Shown piece after piece: positions 1 to 8,322 of a stretch of 34,697 bases of DNA. The first letter of the stretch is position 1, and each line of letters starts with the position of its first letter. Source of the stretch: Candidatus Subterrananammoxibius californiae (lineage in GTDB: Bacteria; Planctomycetota; Brocadiia; Brocadiales; Subterrananammoxibiaceae); contig JAURAC010000033.1 of assembly GCA_030586555.1 (NCBI GenBank), forward strand, positions 1 to 34,697. The letters are read 5' to 3'. The notes beneath the pieces were generated by a model that saw only the letters and a list, made by a program, of their open reading frames with translations, did not search any database and was not told where the DNA came from. The position numbers and the translations under genes are program-made.

Positions 1-2
1 TG

Positions 3-572
3 CTTTATTCCCTGTGAATCAAACACATCAATTGAAGAAGCATGGGTATCGTCCTCGGCTGCTTCTGCACTCAGGTTGCCTACATTGTTTATTAATGCAG
101 TTGCCTTTCCTGGAATGAGCTGGTTGTATGGCACTTGAATGGCGCTTGTACTGTTGGCTTTAATGTCATCGGTAATAGCGTAGCCCATGACCTTATAGCC
201 CGATACGGAATCCTCTAAAATTCCATCGGCATCTGCATGGAAAGCGCCTGCACGGGTGTAGAAGTCCTGATTGCCATCGTTAAGGACGAAGAAACCTTCG
301 CCCCCAAGCGCCAAGTCAAACACATTTCCCGTTTGCATTACTGAGCCCTGGGAGAAATTCTTATCTATACCAGCAGCTCGAACGCCAAGACCAACCTGCG
401 CTGGATTGCCAGCGGCGGCTGAAGTCAAATCCTGTGATAGTAAATCGGCAAATCTGACGCGTGATTCCTTGAAGCCCGGGGTATTAATGTTCGCTATGTT
501 ATTTCCAACGACATCCAGAAAAGTTTGATGCGAACGCAGACCAGAAATACCCGAATATAATGCGGTAAGCAT
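3..572 (-). CDS. flgE: Flagellar hook protein FlgE, 5' part (runs off left edge)
   Basis: Hand translation gives MLTALYSGISGLRSHQTFLDVVGNNIANINTPGFKESR…DLALGGEGFF…YTRAGAF, the rod/hook N-terminal motifs. GGAGG SD at 581-585; lies downstream of flgD. Confidence 0.93.
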   Translation of the reverse strand, partial: MLTALYSGISGLRSHQTFLDVVGNNIANINTPGFKESRVRFADLLSQDLTSAAAGNPAQVGLGVRAAGIDKNFSQGSVMQTGNVFDLALGGEGFFVLNDGNQDFYTRAGAFHADADGILEDSVSGYKVMGYAITDDIKANSTSAIQVPYNQLIPGKATALINNVGNLSAEAAEDDTHASSIDVFDSQGIK

Positions 573-585
573 TTTTCATACCTCC

Positions 586-642
586 TAATCTAAATTCCAA
601 AATCTAAATTCTAAAGTCCAAAATCTAAAATCTAAAATTTAA
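586..642. repeat. Degenerate heptamer tandem repeat (TCTAAAA-like)
   Basis: tctaaat tccaaaa tctaaat tctaaag tccaaaa tctaaaa tctaaaa, between flgD and flgE. Confidence 0.75.
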
Positions 643-674
643 AGGTTGTCACCTCCTTCTTTTTAAGATAAAGT

Positions 675-1052
675 TTAATAGTACGAGACTCCTTCAAGAT
701 TTGATAACGGCACTTCCTGCCCGCTCACCAGCAGCATTATTGCTCCATTGTTTCCAATCTTTACGCCATCAACCAGTCCCGAAAGTGAGTTTCCGGAGTC
801 CGTATCTCTAAACGTTATGTTTTGACCAATCAGTCCCCGTGCCTCGTTTAGCTGCTGTATCTGAAGCGCCTGGGAGAATGATACGTTAAGCTTGGTAAGT
901 TCGGCTAAGGAGCTAAACTGAGCCAACTGGGCAAGAAACTCCTTATCATTTACTGGGTCAAGCGGGTCCTGGTTTTGCAATTGTATCATGAGTAGTTTCA
1001 TGAATTCATTACCGAACTCCGTGTTACCTATACTATTTACAAGGCTGCTCAT
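675..1052 (-). CDS. flgD: Flagellar hook capping protein FlgD
   Basis: Signature FMKLLMIQLQNQDPLDP…FLAQLAQFSSL; fliK-flgD-flgE gene order. Confidence 0.95.
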   Translation of the reverse strand: MSSLVNSIGNTEFGNEFMKLLMIQLQNQDPLDPVNDKEFLAQLAQFSSLAELTKLNVSFSQALQIQQLNEARGLIGQNITFRDTDSGNSLSGLVDGVKIGNNGAIMLLVSGQEVPLSNLEGVSYY

Positions 1053-1092
1053 AGTTTATACCTCCCTTCCTGAAATAAGTTCAGGACAAGCC

Positions 1093-4000
1093 TTATACAA
1101 TGTAATCAATTCTACCAATATCCAATGCATTATTAATGCCAGTTATGGTCAACCCTTTATCCGCTTTTTCAACACTTTCGATATCAGTATCTTCTTCTGT
1201 TGGGCTTTGTATTTTAGGGTCAGTGTGCTGTGCAAAGTATGGTTTGTGATAACCATCATTTCCTTCGTGGCATAATACATCTAACCTTCCCACGTCAATC
1301 CCTGCGGATGAAATGGACTCCTTGAGGCGTGGGATGTCCCTTTCGATTGCACGCATTACATTTAGGTTCTCTACCTCAATGCTTGCCTCTAATCTGTTTC
1401 CTGTAACAGAGAATTTTAATTTTATGTGCCCTAACTCCGGAGGTTCGAGCCTTAATCTTATATCTGACCTTCCTTCCCGCAGATATAATCGTACCTTTTG
1501 TGCAATTTGTTCTATTATGTTATTGTAGTGTGATTCGGGAATTTGCTGTGGGTTGCTCATCTTCGAGACGTCTTTAGCGGATTGACTGGCAGACCCATCA
1601 AGTGCTAATGTACTAATACCGGCATTCTGTCCCTTCGCTTCGCTCAAGGGCGAGTCATTTGCCTGTGCGACAGCAGACAGGTTAGTAATGGGATTTGTAG
1701 GTAAATTCTTATGCTGCTCATCTGGTGTAAGTTTTCCTTTCGGTAATGACAAGTCAACTGTTTTGATTTCTTCTTTATGTGGAGACGCAACATCTTGCGT
1801 CTCTACATAATGCTTAACGTCAGCACGTTGTATTGGGGGGTTGGATGTATCGGTTTTCACAATCTCCGGCTTTGTTTCTGTTTGGGTATTAGCGCTGATT
1901 TTGGAGTCCGTTGGCTGTGTTAATGGATTTTTTCCTGCTGCGTTGTTAAAATCAGGCTCGAGGGGACTGGTTTTTACTGGGCGAGCCTCTCTATATGCGT
2001 GGGCGCTGGATTCCATTAAGTTGTCATTGTAAGCCCCTTTGTTTTTGTCATTCTGAGCATTGGCGAAGAATCTCGTCGTATTGCTCAGTGAAGGCTCCGG
2101 CAACTCAATCTCATCCCCGAGAACAATCCGGGATGGAAGCACTATATCCTGAGGATTAATATTATTTGTGTTTTGTGACGCAATAATTGTTTTAGGAGTG
2201 ATAGGTTTCGTTAAAAGCAAGCCGTCCTCCGCTGAAGCGGATGTGCCAGTACTTGCTTTAAACTCCTTAGCTGCGTCTATATTAGCATCAATTACTTCAA
2301 CGGTATCATTACTTGCAACCACATATTGGCTAATGACACCCTTTATCATAATCTTTGGTTCGGTGGTATATATTTCATGTTGTAATCGGTTGAGCAGTGA
2401 TAACTTGTTATTTGCTTCACTTGGCCCGTTAGAGGCTTCGAGAGTTACAAGATTATCAGGGTTAGCCGGCATAATATTATAAAGCATTGAGCCTCTAACG
2501 GGACTTGCCATAACCTTGTCCTCGGGCAAAATAAAAATAAGATTTTCTGTGATGGGTGATGGTGAAGTTTGCGTATCATTAAGGTTGCGCGAAAACCACG
2601 TCCGGGGAACATGGTTTAAAGGGTCAATTTCAAGCAGTTCAGCCTTGAGCGGTGGAAAGTTAGTTTGGGGGACCTGGTTTTCGCCCTTGCTTAATTCTGC
2701 GATGCCTATCTCTCTTTTAGCTGTATGGGCTTGCTTAGATAATGGATTGGTTTCAGGTTCAGAAGGTGCCATGCTCTCATCCGTGGTGGATAAAGGGGTT
2801 AAAAGCAAGTATGGGCGCACAAGGTCGAAGGTCATGGGTTGGCTTGCTTTTAACGAAACCGTAGATTTACTTTGTTGCACAATGGGTTTTTCTAAAAGGC
2901 TTACCAACTCTTCCTGAGGCGTAGTAGTATTATTATTACCTGTTGCAGTACGAGGATACGTAATTTCTTCAACAATTGTTTCTGGTGTACTCAGCGCACC
3001 CACACCTCTGTATTCGGCGTATGCAGAGGCTTGCTGAGCCGAGGGAATAATGTCGTGCAGGACAGGGCGAGTCTTCGATTCCATTTTTATTTCTGGTTCT
3101 GCAATATTCATTCCTGGCTGTATGCGATTAAGAATAAACGTATGATTATTAATCCCATTTTCCTGGGCGTCATTGTGAGCCGGAGGCGAAGTAATCGCTT
3201 CTATACCAGATTGCTTTGTTGCTCTCACTCCCCGCAATGACTCTAAGTTAGAATCTTGTTTTTGATTGTTTATCTGTATAGATTTTTGGAATGGTTGCAA
3301 GACCAGTGGATGGGGAAGATTGGCGGGTGGCTGTTCTGAGGGCCCCTTTGTTAATATTTGCTCTTCCACGTTCGCTTTACTCAGCACAGGCACGTATACC
3401 GGTTGAATTTCCTTTTCTTGTTTAGGTGAATAATTATCAGGATTTAAACTTGATAAATCCAAATTCCGAAATTCAAAGTTTAAAAAATTTGGGTTTGAGG
3501 TTTCTACTGTGGACTCTGTCGAGTCTTTTTGGGTTTTGAATTTATCCCCCATGAGGTCAGGAGGTGCGTTGCTTTTATGCTCCAGGAAGTCAGGGGAATT
3601 GGTAATGTTTGCGTCTGGTGCTTGTATGTTGGGTATCTTAAACCTTGTAAAGGTACTGTCTGCTGGTGCCTCTGTAACATGTCTATTTGATTCATCCATA
3701 ATCAGAGGTAAAAAGGGCGAAAAGGTGAAAAGGTGAAAAGGTGAAAAGGTAAAAGTTTTTGCATCTTTACCTCTTAACCTCTTAACCTCTTCCCCCTTGC
3801 CTTCTTGCTTTTCACCATCAGCTAATGCGTTCGCTTCATTGCTCAGAACAGGGATGAGCTTTGCAAGTCCAGAAGTATCTTCTTGTAAGATTTCCTCAGT
3901 ACAGGATGACGCAGCTACTGCTGACTTTGTTCCTGTTCCTTTTTTGTTTAGTATGTCAGAAATATTCTTTGTCATCGGCATCTTCGCTTCTGGTTCCTGG

Positions 4001-4128
4001 TTTAAGGTTGAAGCAAAATCTGCACCTGCCACCATCGGGAAAAGACCTTTTGATGGGACAGTAACATTATTAAATGTCACAGATTGCCATTGGTTTATTG
4101 GTATTTCCATATAAGTGCAAAAGAGCAT
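1093..4128 (-). CDS. fliK: Flagellar hook-length control protein FliK, unusually long (~1000 aa; start may be ATG at 4110)
   Basis: C-terminal IRLRLEPPELGHIKLKF…IPRLKESISSAGI (Flg_hook domain), P/S/T/N-rich N-terminal region, directly upstream of flgD. Confidence 0.88.
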   Translation of the reverse strand: MLFCTYMEIPINQWQSVTFNNVTVPSKGLFPMVAGADFASTLNQEPEAKMPMTKNISDILNKKGTGTKSAVAASSCTEEILQEDTSGLAKLIPVLSNEANALADGEKQEGKGEEVKRLRGKDAKTFTFSPFHLFTFSPFLPLIMDESNRHVTEAPADSTFTRFKIPNIQAPDANITNSPDFLEHKSNAPPDLMGDKFKTQKDSTESTVETSNPNFLNFEFRNLDLSSLNPDNYSPKQEKEIQPVYVPVLSKANVEEQILTKGPSEQPPANLPHPLVLQPFQKSIQINNQKQDSNLESLRGVRATKQSGIEAITSPPAHNDAQENGINNHTFILNRIQPGMNIAEPEIKMESKTRPVLHDIIPSAQQASAYAEYRGVGALSTPETIVEEITYPRTATGNNNTTTPQEELVSLLEKPIVQQSKSTVSLKASQPMTFDLVRPYLLLTPLSTTDESMAPSEPETNPLSKQAHTAKREIGIAELSKGENQVPQTNFPPLKAELLEIDPLNHVPRTWFSRNLNDTQTSPSPITENLIFILPEDKVMASPVRGSMLYNIMPANPDNLVTLEASNGPSEANNKLSLLNRLQHEIYTTEPKIMIKGVISQYVVASNDTVEVIDANIDAAKEFKASTGTSASAEDGLLLTKPITPKTIIASQNTNNINPQDIVLPSRIVLGDEIELPEPSLSNTTRFFANAQNDKNKGAYNDNLMESSAHAYREARPVKTSPLEPDFNNAAGKNPLTQPTDSKISANTQTETKPEIVKTDTSNPPIQRADVKHYVETQDVASPHKEEIKTVDLSLPKGKLTPDEQHKNLPTNPITNLSAVAQANDSPLSEAKGQNAGISTLALDGSASQSAKDVSKMSNPQQIPESHYNNIIEQIAQKVRLYLREGRSDIRLRLEPPELGHIKLKFSVTGNRLEASIEVENLNVMRAIERDIPRLKESISSAGIDVGRLDVLCHEGNDGYHKPYFAQHTDPKIQSPTEEDTDIESVEKADKGLTITGINNALDIGRIDYIV

Positions 4129-4170
4129 CGAGGGGACGGTATTTCGCTTTTATTATTTGTATTAGTGGAG

Positions 4171-4186
4171 AGCAATACTTATGCCG
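4171..4186 (-). promoter_or_regulatory. Sigma54 -24/-12 promoter for fliK-flgD-flgE
   Basis: Minus strand reads CGGCATAAGTATTGCT, i.e. GG-N10-GC, about 45-60 nt upstream of the fliK start. Confidence 0.7.
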
Positions 4187-4225
4187 TTTTGTGGTATTAT
4201 GGAAATGGGGAGAGTATAGCTGGAT

Positions 4226-4320
4226 AAGAGTTACAGAGTTTAAGAGTTTAAGGGTTTAAGAGTTACAGAGTTTAAGAGAGATGGCTCTCTTGAACATTGA
4301 ACCTTGAAACTTTGAACCCT
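4226..4320. repeat. Short tandem repeats (AGAGTTTA/AGAGTTAC 8-mers, then TTGAACC-like 7-mers)
   Basis: Visible in the intergenic sequence. Confidence 0.75.
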
Positions 4321-4396
4321 TGCCGTGGGTATTTATTTCTGTTGCAAAGGGAAAGATTTTTCTTATTTGTTGCCCATTGTTTTCAAAAACGTAGGT

Positions 4397-5053
4397 TTAA
4401 TTCTTTAAGGTGGAGACAATCTGGTTGGCAACAAACCGCGTATATTGTCCCATAGAAAGCAGCATTATCTCCCATCCGTAGATGGAAAGTTTTTTCTGGG
4501 ATGATTTTTCAAAATAGCTTTTTGCCATATTGGTAACCTTTGTATCATTACTATCAAAGACACCGTCAAAGCTCCATAGCAAAGAGCCTGTGTCTGTGTT
4601 TATCATTCCCAATTTAAGACCAAGTATAAGTGGTTTGTAAGGCTTATAGTGTGTAATAGCGCCCGAGATTATGGCATCAGCCCCAAACCTTTTTCTGGCT
4701 TCTGTCAAGATTTCACTATTAATTGACCCCTTGTCCCACAACTGTCGTCCTTCGAGGAGTAAACTAATGTTTTCATAAGGGAGAACTACATCTAAATCTC
4801 CAGTTTTTTGAAGCTCTATTGTAATGGATTCGGTTACTTCTTTTACTACTTCTTCGCGGTCAGATTCATATGCAAAAGGGATAACAATGACACGACGGAT
4901 GTTGGATTTATAAAGCTCGTCCGATTTAATATAGCTTACAACAAGGGGTTCTTGGGCACGCATAAAACTGCAGCCTGTTATACCGATATTGCACATCAGA
5001 AGAATTATTAATAGTATTCTGTACATAATCCGTGACCCGTGGTTCGTATACAA
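4397..5053 (-). CDS. Putative lipoprotein (CsgG/TolB-N/DUF799-like fold); start may be 5026
   Basis: Hydrophobic signal plus lipobox ITGC; RRVIVIPF…ADAIISGAITHY…DTGSLLWS pattern. Confidence 0.65.
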   Translation of the reverse strand: MYTNHGSRIMYRILLIILLMCNIGITGCSFMRAQEPLVVSYIKSDELYKSNIRRVIVIPFAYESDREEVVKEVTESITIELQKTGDLDVVLPYENISLLLEGRQLWDKGSINSEILTEARKRFGADAIISGAITHYKPYKPLILGLKLGMINTDTGSLLWSFDGVFDSNDTKVTNMAKSYFEKSSQKKLSIYGWEIMLLSMGQYTRFVANQIVSTLKN

Positions 5054-5055
5054 AG

Positions 5056-5670
5056 CTACTTCACTGTTAGTGATTTTGTTGAAAGCGCGTCCTTAGGACT
5101 CGCTTTTAGCTCTTGCAGGTGTTGAATCCGTGCGCTAACCAATTCCTGCTTAGCTTTAACCTCTGAGATTTGTGCCTTCAAGAGATTTCCATTCAATTGT
5201 TTAATTTGTTTTTGCAAGGCGGATAAATCCATCTTAAGCCTTTCAATCTCGTTATTAAGGATTTCATTTTCGATAAGTATTTGCTGGGCAATTGGAAGCT
5301 TTTCATTGCTATCTTTTAGCTCTATCTGGAGTATTTCATTTATTATCTTTAGTTTCTCAATCTCTTTTTCTAATGTGCTTAAGCGTTCTTTATTTTTCTG
5401 TAATTCATTTGAGGTATTCTCAAACTGTTCTATAATCGTACCCTCGTGTTTGTCGGCTTCAATCTCCACCTTAATGGTAGGCCCACTTGCAAGGTAACCT
5501 CTGCTGGTTGTGGCGCTGTGTACTTCTTGTTGTTCAATACTTTTAATGTCCAAATTCTCTAATGTTGTTTTCTTCCTGTCAAAAGCACATCCACCCAATC
5601 CGCCTAAGGCGGTTATGCAGGTGATAAGACACACAAAGGCTGTAAATTTAGTGCTACGTTCCTGTATCAT
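5056..5670 (-). CDS. Putative coiled-coil lipoprotein
   Basis: Lipobox LGGC and a heptad-rich E/K/L/Q C-terminal half. Confidence 0.65.
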   Translation of the reverse strand: MIQERSTKFTAFVCLITCITALGGLGGCAFDRKKTTLENLDIKSIEQQEVHSATTSRGYLASGPTIKVEIEADKHEGTIIEQFENTSNELQKNKERLSTLEKEIEKLKIINEILQIELKDSNEKLPIAQQILIENEILNNEIERLKMDLSALQKQIKQLNGNLLKAQISEVKAKQELVSARIQHLQELKASPKDALSTKSLTVK

Positions 5671-5731
5671 TCTATTTGTTTTAACCTCTCTGTATGATTC
5701 ATAGGAGTCCTAATAGTACAAACGTTAATTT

Positions 5732-5747
5732 AGCAAGTTTTGTGCCG
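5732..5747 (-). promoter_or_regulatory. Sigma54 -24/-12 promoter for the lipoprotein/flagellar block
   Basis: Minus strand reads CGGCACAAAACTTGCT, a near-consensus match to TGGCAC-N5-TTGCW. Confidence 0.78.
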
Positions 5748-6083
5748 AATTTTCAATCTTTGTAGATGCAAGAAAGAATAGTCCTAATACTTAATAATTT
5801 AAGATTGTTACGTAAATAGATTATAAATGACGGCTAAAACATTAAAGTACACTTGCACAAACAAACTACATGTAATAATGTTCAAAAAAACAACATCAAG
5901 AAGCGAAGGCGGTGCTTACCTTTTTAAAAAGTAAGGCATGGAATGGAATCGAACCATAAATAAAACTTGTATGTGGGGAAAATATATTAAAGTTTTTAAT
6001 TTACGAGCCGATAATTACACACAACATGTGTTGGCAGATTTTGACATAGTTAGTCAATAATTTGTCAGAAGAGGCAATCAGGC

Positions 6084-6290
6084 ATGGAAAATGAGATTAT
6101 GACAATAAAGCAGTTGGCAGAATATTTACAGATAAGCCAACGTTCAATCCATCGCATGATAAAACGTGGTGGTGTCCCAGCAGTCAAAGTTACCAATAGA
6201 TGGCGATTTGAACGAAGTAAAATAAACGAGTGGCTTACAAGGAATTCCGAGAAGGCTTGTGTCGCGAGTGAAGGAGGTAACGATGTCTAA
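6084..6290 (+). CDS. Excisionase-like (HTH_17) DNA-binding protein
   Basis: IMTIKQLAEYLQISQRSIHRMIKRGGVPAVKVTNRWRF…INEWL. Confidence 0.85.
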   Translation: MENEIMTIKQLAEYLQISQRSIHRMIKRGGVPAVKVTNRWRFERSKINEWLTRNSEKACVASEGGNDV

Positions 6291-6657
6291 GGTATTGATA
6301 ATTGACGATTCAGGCGTTATGAGGAAGATTATTCAGAGAAATATCGTGCAGGCAGGGCTTCTTGTAGACCAGTTTGTCGAAGCAGGCGATGGCAGGGAAG
6401 GGCTTGAAAAGGTCAAACAAAACAATGACCTGAATTTAATTCTCTGCGACTGGAATATGCCAAACATGACCGGGATAGAATTTGTGAAGGCATTTAGGTC
6501 TTCGGATAAGAAGACCCCTGTCGTTATGATTACGACCGAAGGAGGTGAGACAAGGACAGAGGAAGCGAGGAATAGCGGGGCTAATGGTTATCTTACAAAA
6601 CCTTTTACCACAGACCAGTTATTAAGGAAGTTGGGCGATTATTTGCTGGTAAAGTAA
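6283..6657 (+). CDS. cheY: Single-domain response regulator CheY
   Basis: LIIDDS…CDWNMP…ITT…KPF motifs; SD AGGAGG before ATG 6283. Confidence 0.88.
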   Translation: MSKVLIIDDSGVMRKIIQRNIVQAGLLVDQFVEAGDGREGLEKVKQNNDLNLILCDWNMPNMTGIEFVKAFRSSDKKTPVVMITTEGGETRTEEARNSGANGYLTKPFTTDQLLRKLGDYLLVK

Positions 6658-6695
6658 ATTTTAACTATAAAAATTTCTTCAGGAGGAGCACAGTC

Positions 6696-7217
6696 ATGCA
6701 AGCCGTTGTAGATGGTGTTGTGGAATCAATTGCAGAATCTACAAAATCCGTCTTTAAGACGATGATTTCGATGGATGTAAAGTCAGATGCACCATTTTAT
6801 GAAGAAGAGCGAATGATTAAAACAGATGTTATGGCATTAGTTAGCTTTACAGGGGAATACAACGGCACTATCTCTATTTTCTGCCGCGCTGGTACGGCTA
6901 TTAAGATAGCTTCGAACATGCTTGGCACGCCGATGAATGCACTTGATGGGGTCGTAAAGGATGCAATTGGTGAGGTAGCCAATATGATTGCGGGAAATGT
7001 AAAGACCGGGCTCATAGATACACTTGGAGAAATGACACTTACGATTCCACTGGTTATAGCTGGGGTTAGTTTCTCAATTTCTACCTTTAGTGGGGATTAC
7101 GAAGCGATTGTTGTTTCCTCACTGTCATGCTCAAGTAATGATTCCTGGTTGATGATACCCTTCGATGCGGATGGGGAAAAAATTTATGTAGGACTTATGG
7201 TTAAAAAGATTTCGTAG
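6696..7217 (+). CDS. cheX: Chemotaxis phosphatase CheX
   Basis: SFTGEYNG…DAIGEVANMIAGN…LTIPLVIAG. Confidence 0.88.
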   Translation: MQAVVDGVVESIAESTKSVFKTMISMDVKSDAPFYEEERMIKTDVMALVSFTGEYNGTISIFCRAGTAIKIASNMLGTPMNALDGVVKDAIGEVANMIAGNVKTGLIDTLGEMTLTIPLVIAGVSFSISTFSGDYEAIVVSSLSCSSNDSWLMIPFDADGEKIYVGLMVKKIS

Positions 7218-7248
7218 AGTTAAAAGTGTTTACCTTTTACATTACGCC

Positions 7249-8271
7249 ATGGGCACCGATTCAAAGGAAAAAAAATCAGCCTTTCCGAAGTTCGAAAACC
7301 TTTTACACGAGGTCACCAAAAGGATTTCAATAGACGGTGGCAACCTTATTGGAAAGCAGATTAGCTTTGAAAATTATTACTTCGATATCATGACTCTCGA
7401 TAAGTTTCTTTCCCGAAATAATATTAACTATATGTTGGTAAAGGCAGAGGTAGAAGAGGCTTATAAAGGGTGCCTATACATGTTGTTCCCGGTAAAGGAT
7501 GCCATTACTATTAGCGGGTTACTCATAGCAACTGATGAACAGCAGATACGAGAGAAAATAAAGGCAGAAGCGCTTGATGACGAATCTATTGATGGATTCA
7601 AGGAATTTGGCAACCAGATATGTGGTGTGCTGGATGGTGTTTTCAGGAAAAACCTCCCTAACCCGATACATATAAAACAATCGCAAAATACACTCTTTAA
7701 TCTTCAGAAAGCAGGGGAATTCCCGCCAGAGTTGTTGAAAGATGAATACCTTGCCCTAACCTCTAACATGTTGATTTCGGGTTTTGATAATGGGAAATTT
7801 TCCCTGTTCGTACCCAGGGTTATGGGTGAATCCTTTTATGAAGAAACTGGAGAAATACTGGAAGATGAAGAAAAGGATTACATCGGCGTTGTTCTTGTTG
7901 TAAGCCCTGTGCCTGAAGAAGTAAAGGCTGTGAAAGAATATCTGGATAAAGCGCAATACAGGGTCCTGGTTTCAAAGGATGGTATTACTGCTATAGCAAC
8001 CTTGCAAAAGGAAAATGTGGACCTTATTCTTATGGATATTGAATTGCCTAAGGACAATGGAATATCTGTTTGCGAAAGAATCCGGAGGAATTTATTGACG
8101 GAAGAGATTCCCATAATAATCTGCTCATCCAGCCCCACCCATGAACAGGTTATTGATAGTATAAAGGCAGGTGCGCAAGATTTTATTGTGAAACCATTTG
8201 ATGAAGAGAAACTTCTGGAAAAGATAGAAAGAAACATGTTGCGGAAATCTACAGTGGCTGTTCTAAACTAA
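7249..8271 (+). CDS. CheC-like domain fused to a C-terminal receiver domain
   Basis: N-terminal EFGNQICG (ExxN-like); C-terminal DLILMDIELP…GAQDFIVKPF. Confidence 0.75.
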   Translation: MGTDSKEKKSAFPKFENLLHEVTKRISIDGGNLIGKQISFENYYFDIMTLDKFLSRNNINYMLVKAEVEEAYKGCLYMLFPVKDAITISGLLIATDEQQIREKIKAEALDDESIDGFKEFGNQICGVLDGVFRKNLPNPIHIKQSQNTLFNLQKAGEFPPELLKDEYLALTSNMLISGFDNGKFSLFVPRVMGESFYEETGEILEDEEKDYIGVVLVVSPVPEEVKAVKEYLDKAQYRVLVSKDGITAIATLQKENVDLILMDIELPKDNGISVCERIRRNLLTEEIPIIICSSSPTHEQVIDSIKAGAQDFIVKPFDEEKLLEKIERNMLRKSTVAVLN

Positions 8272-8322
8272 GAAATTCATTTGTTTGCCAACAAAAGGGC
8301 TAACAATAAAGGGTTAACTGAT

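Noticed and set aside
6084..6290. Prophage/ICE excisionase
   Set aside because: No integrase or phage genes; the gene is translationally coupled to cheY.
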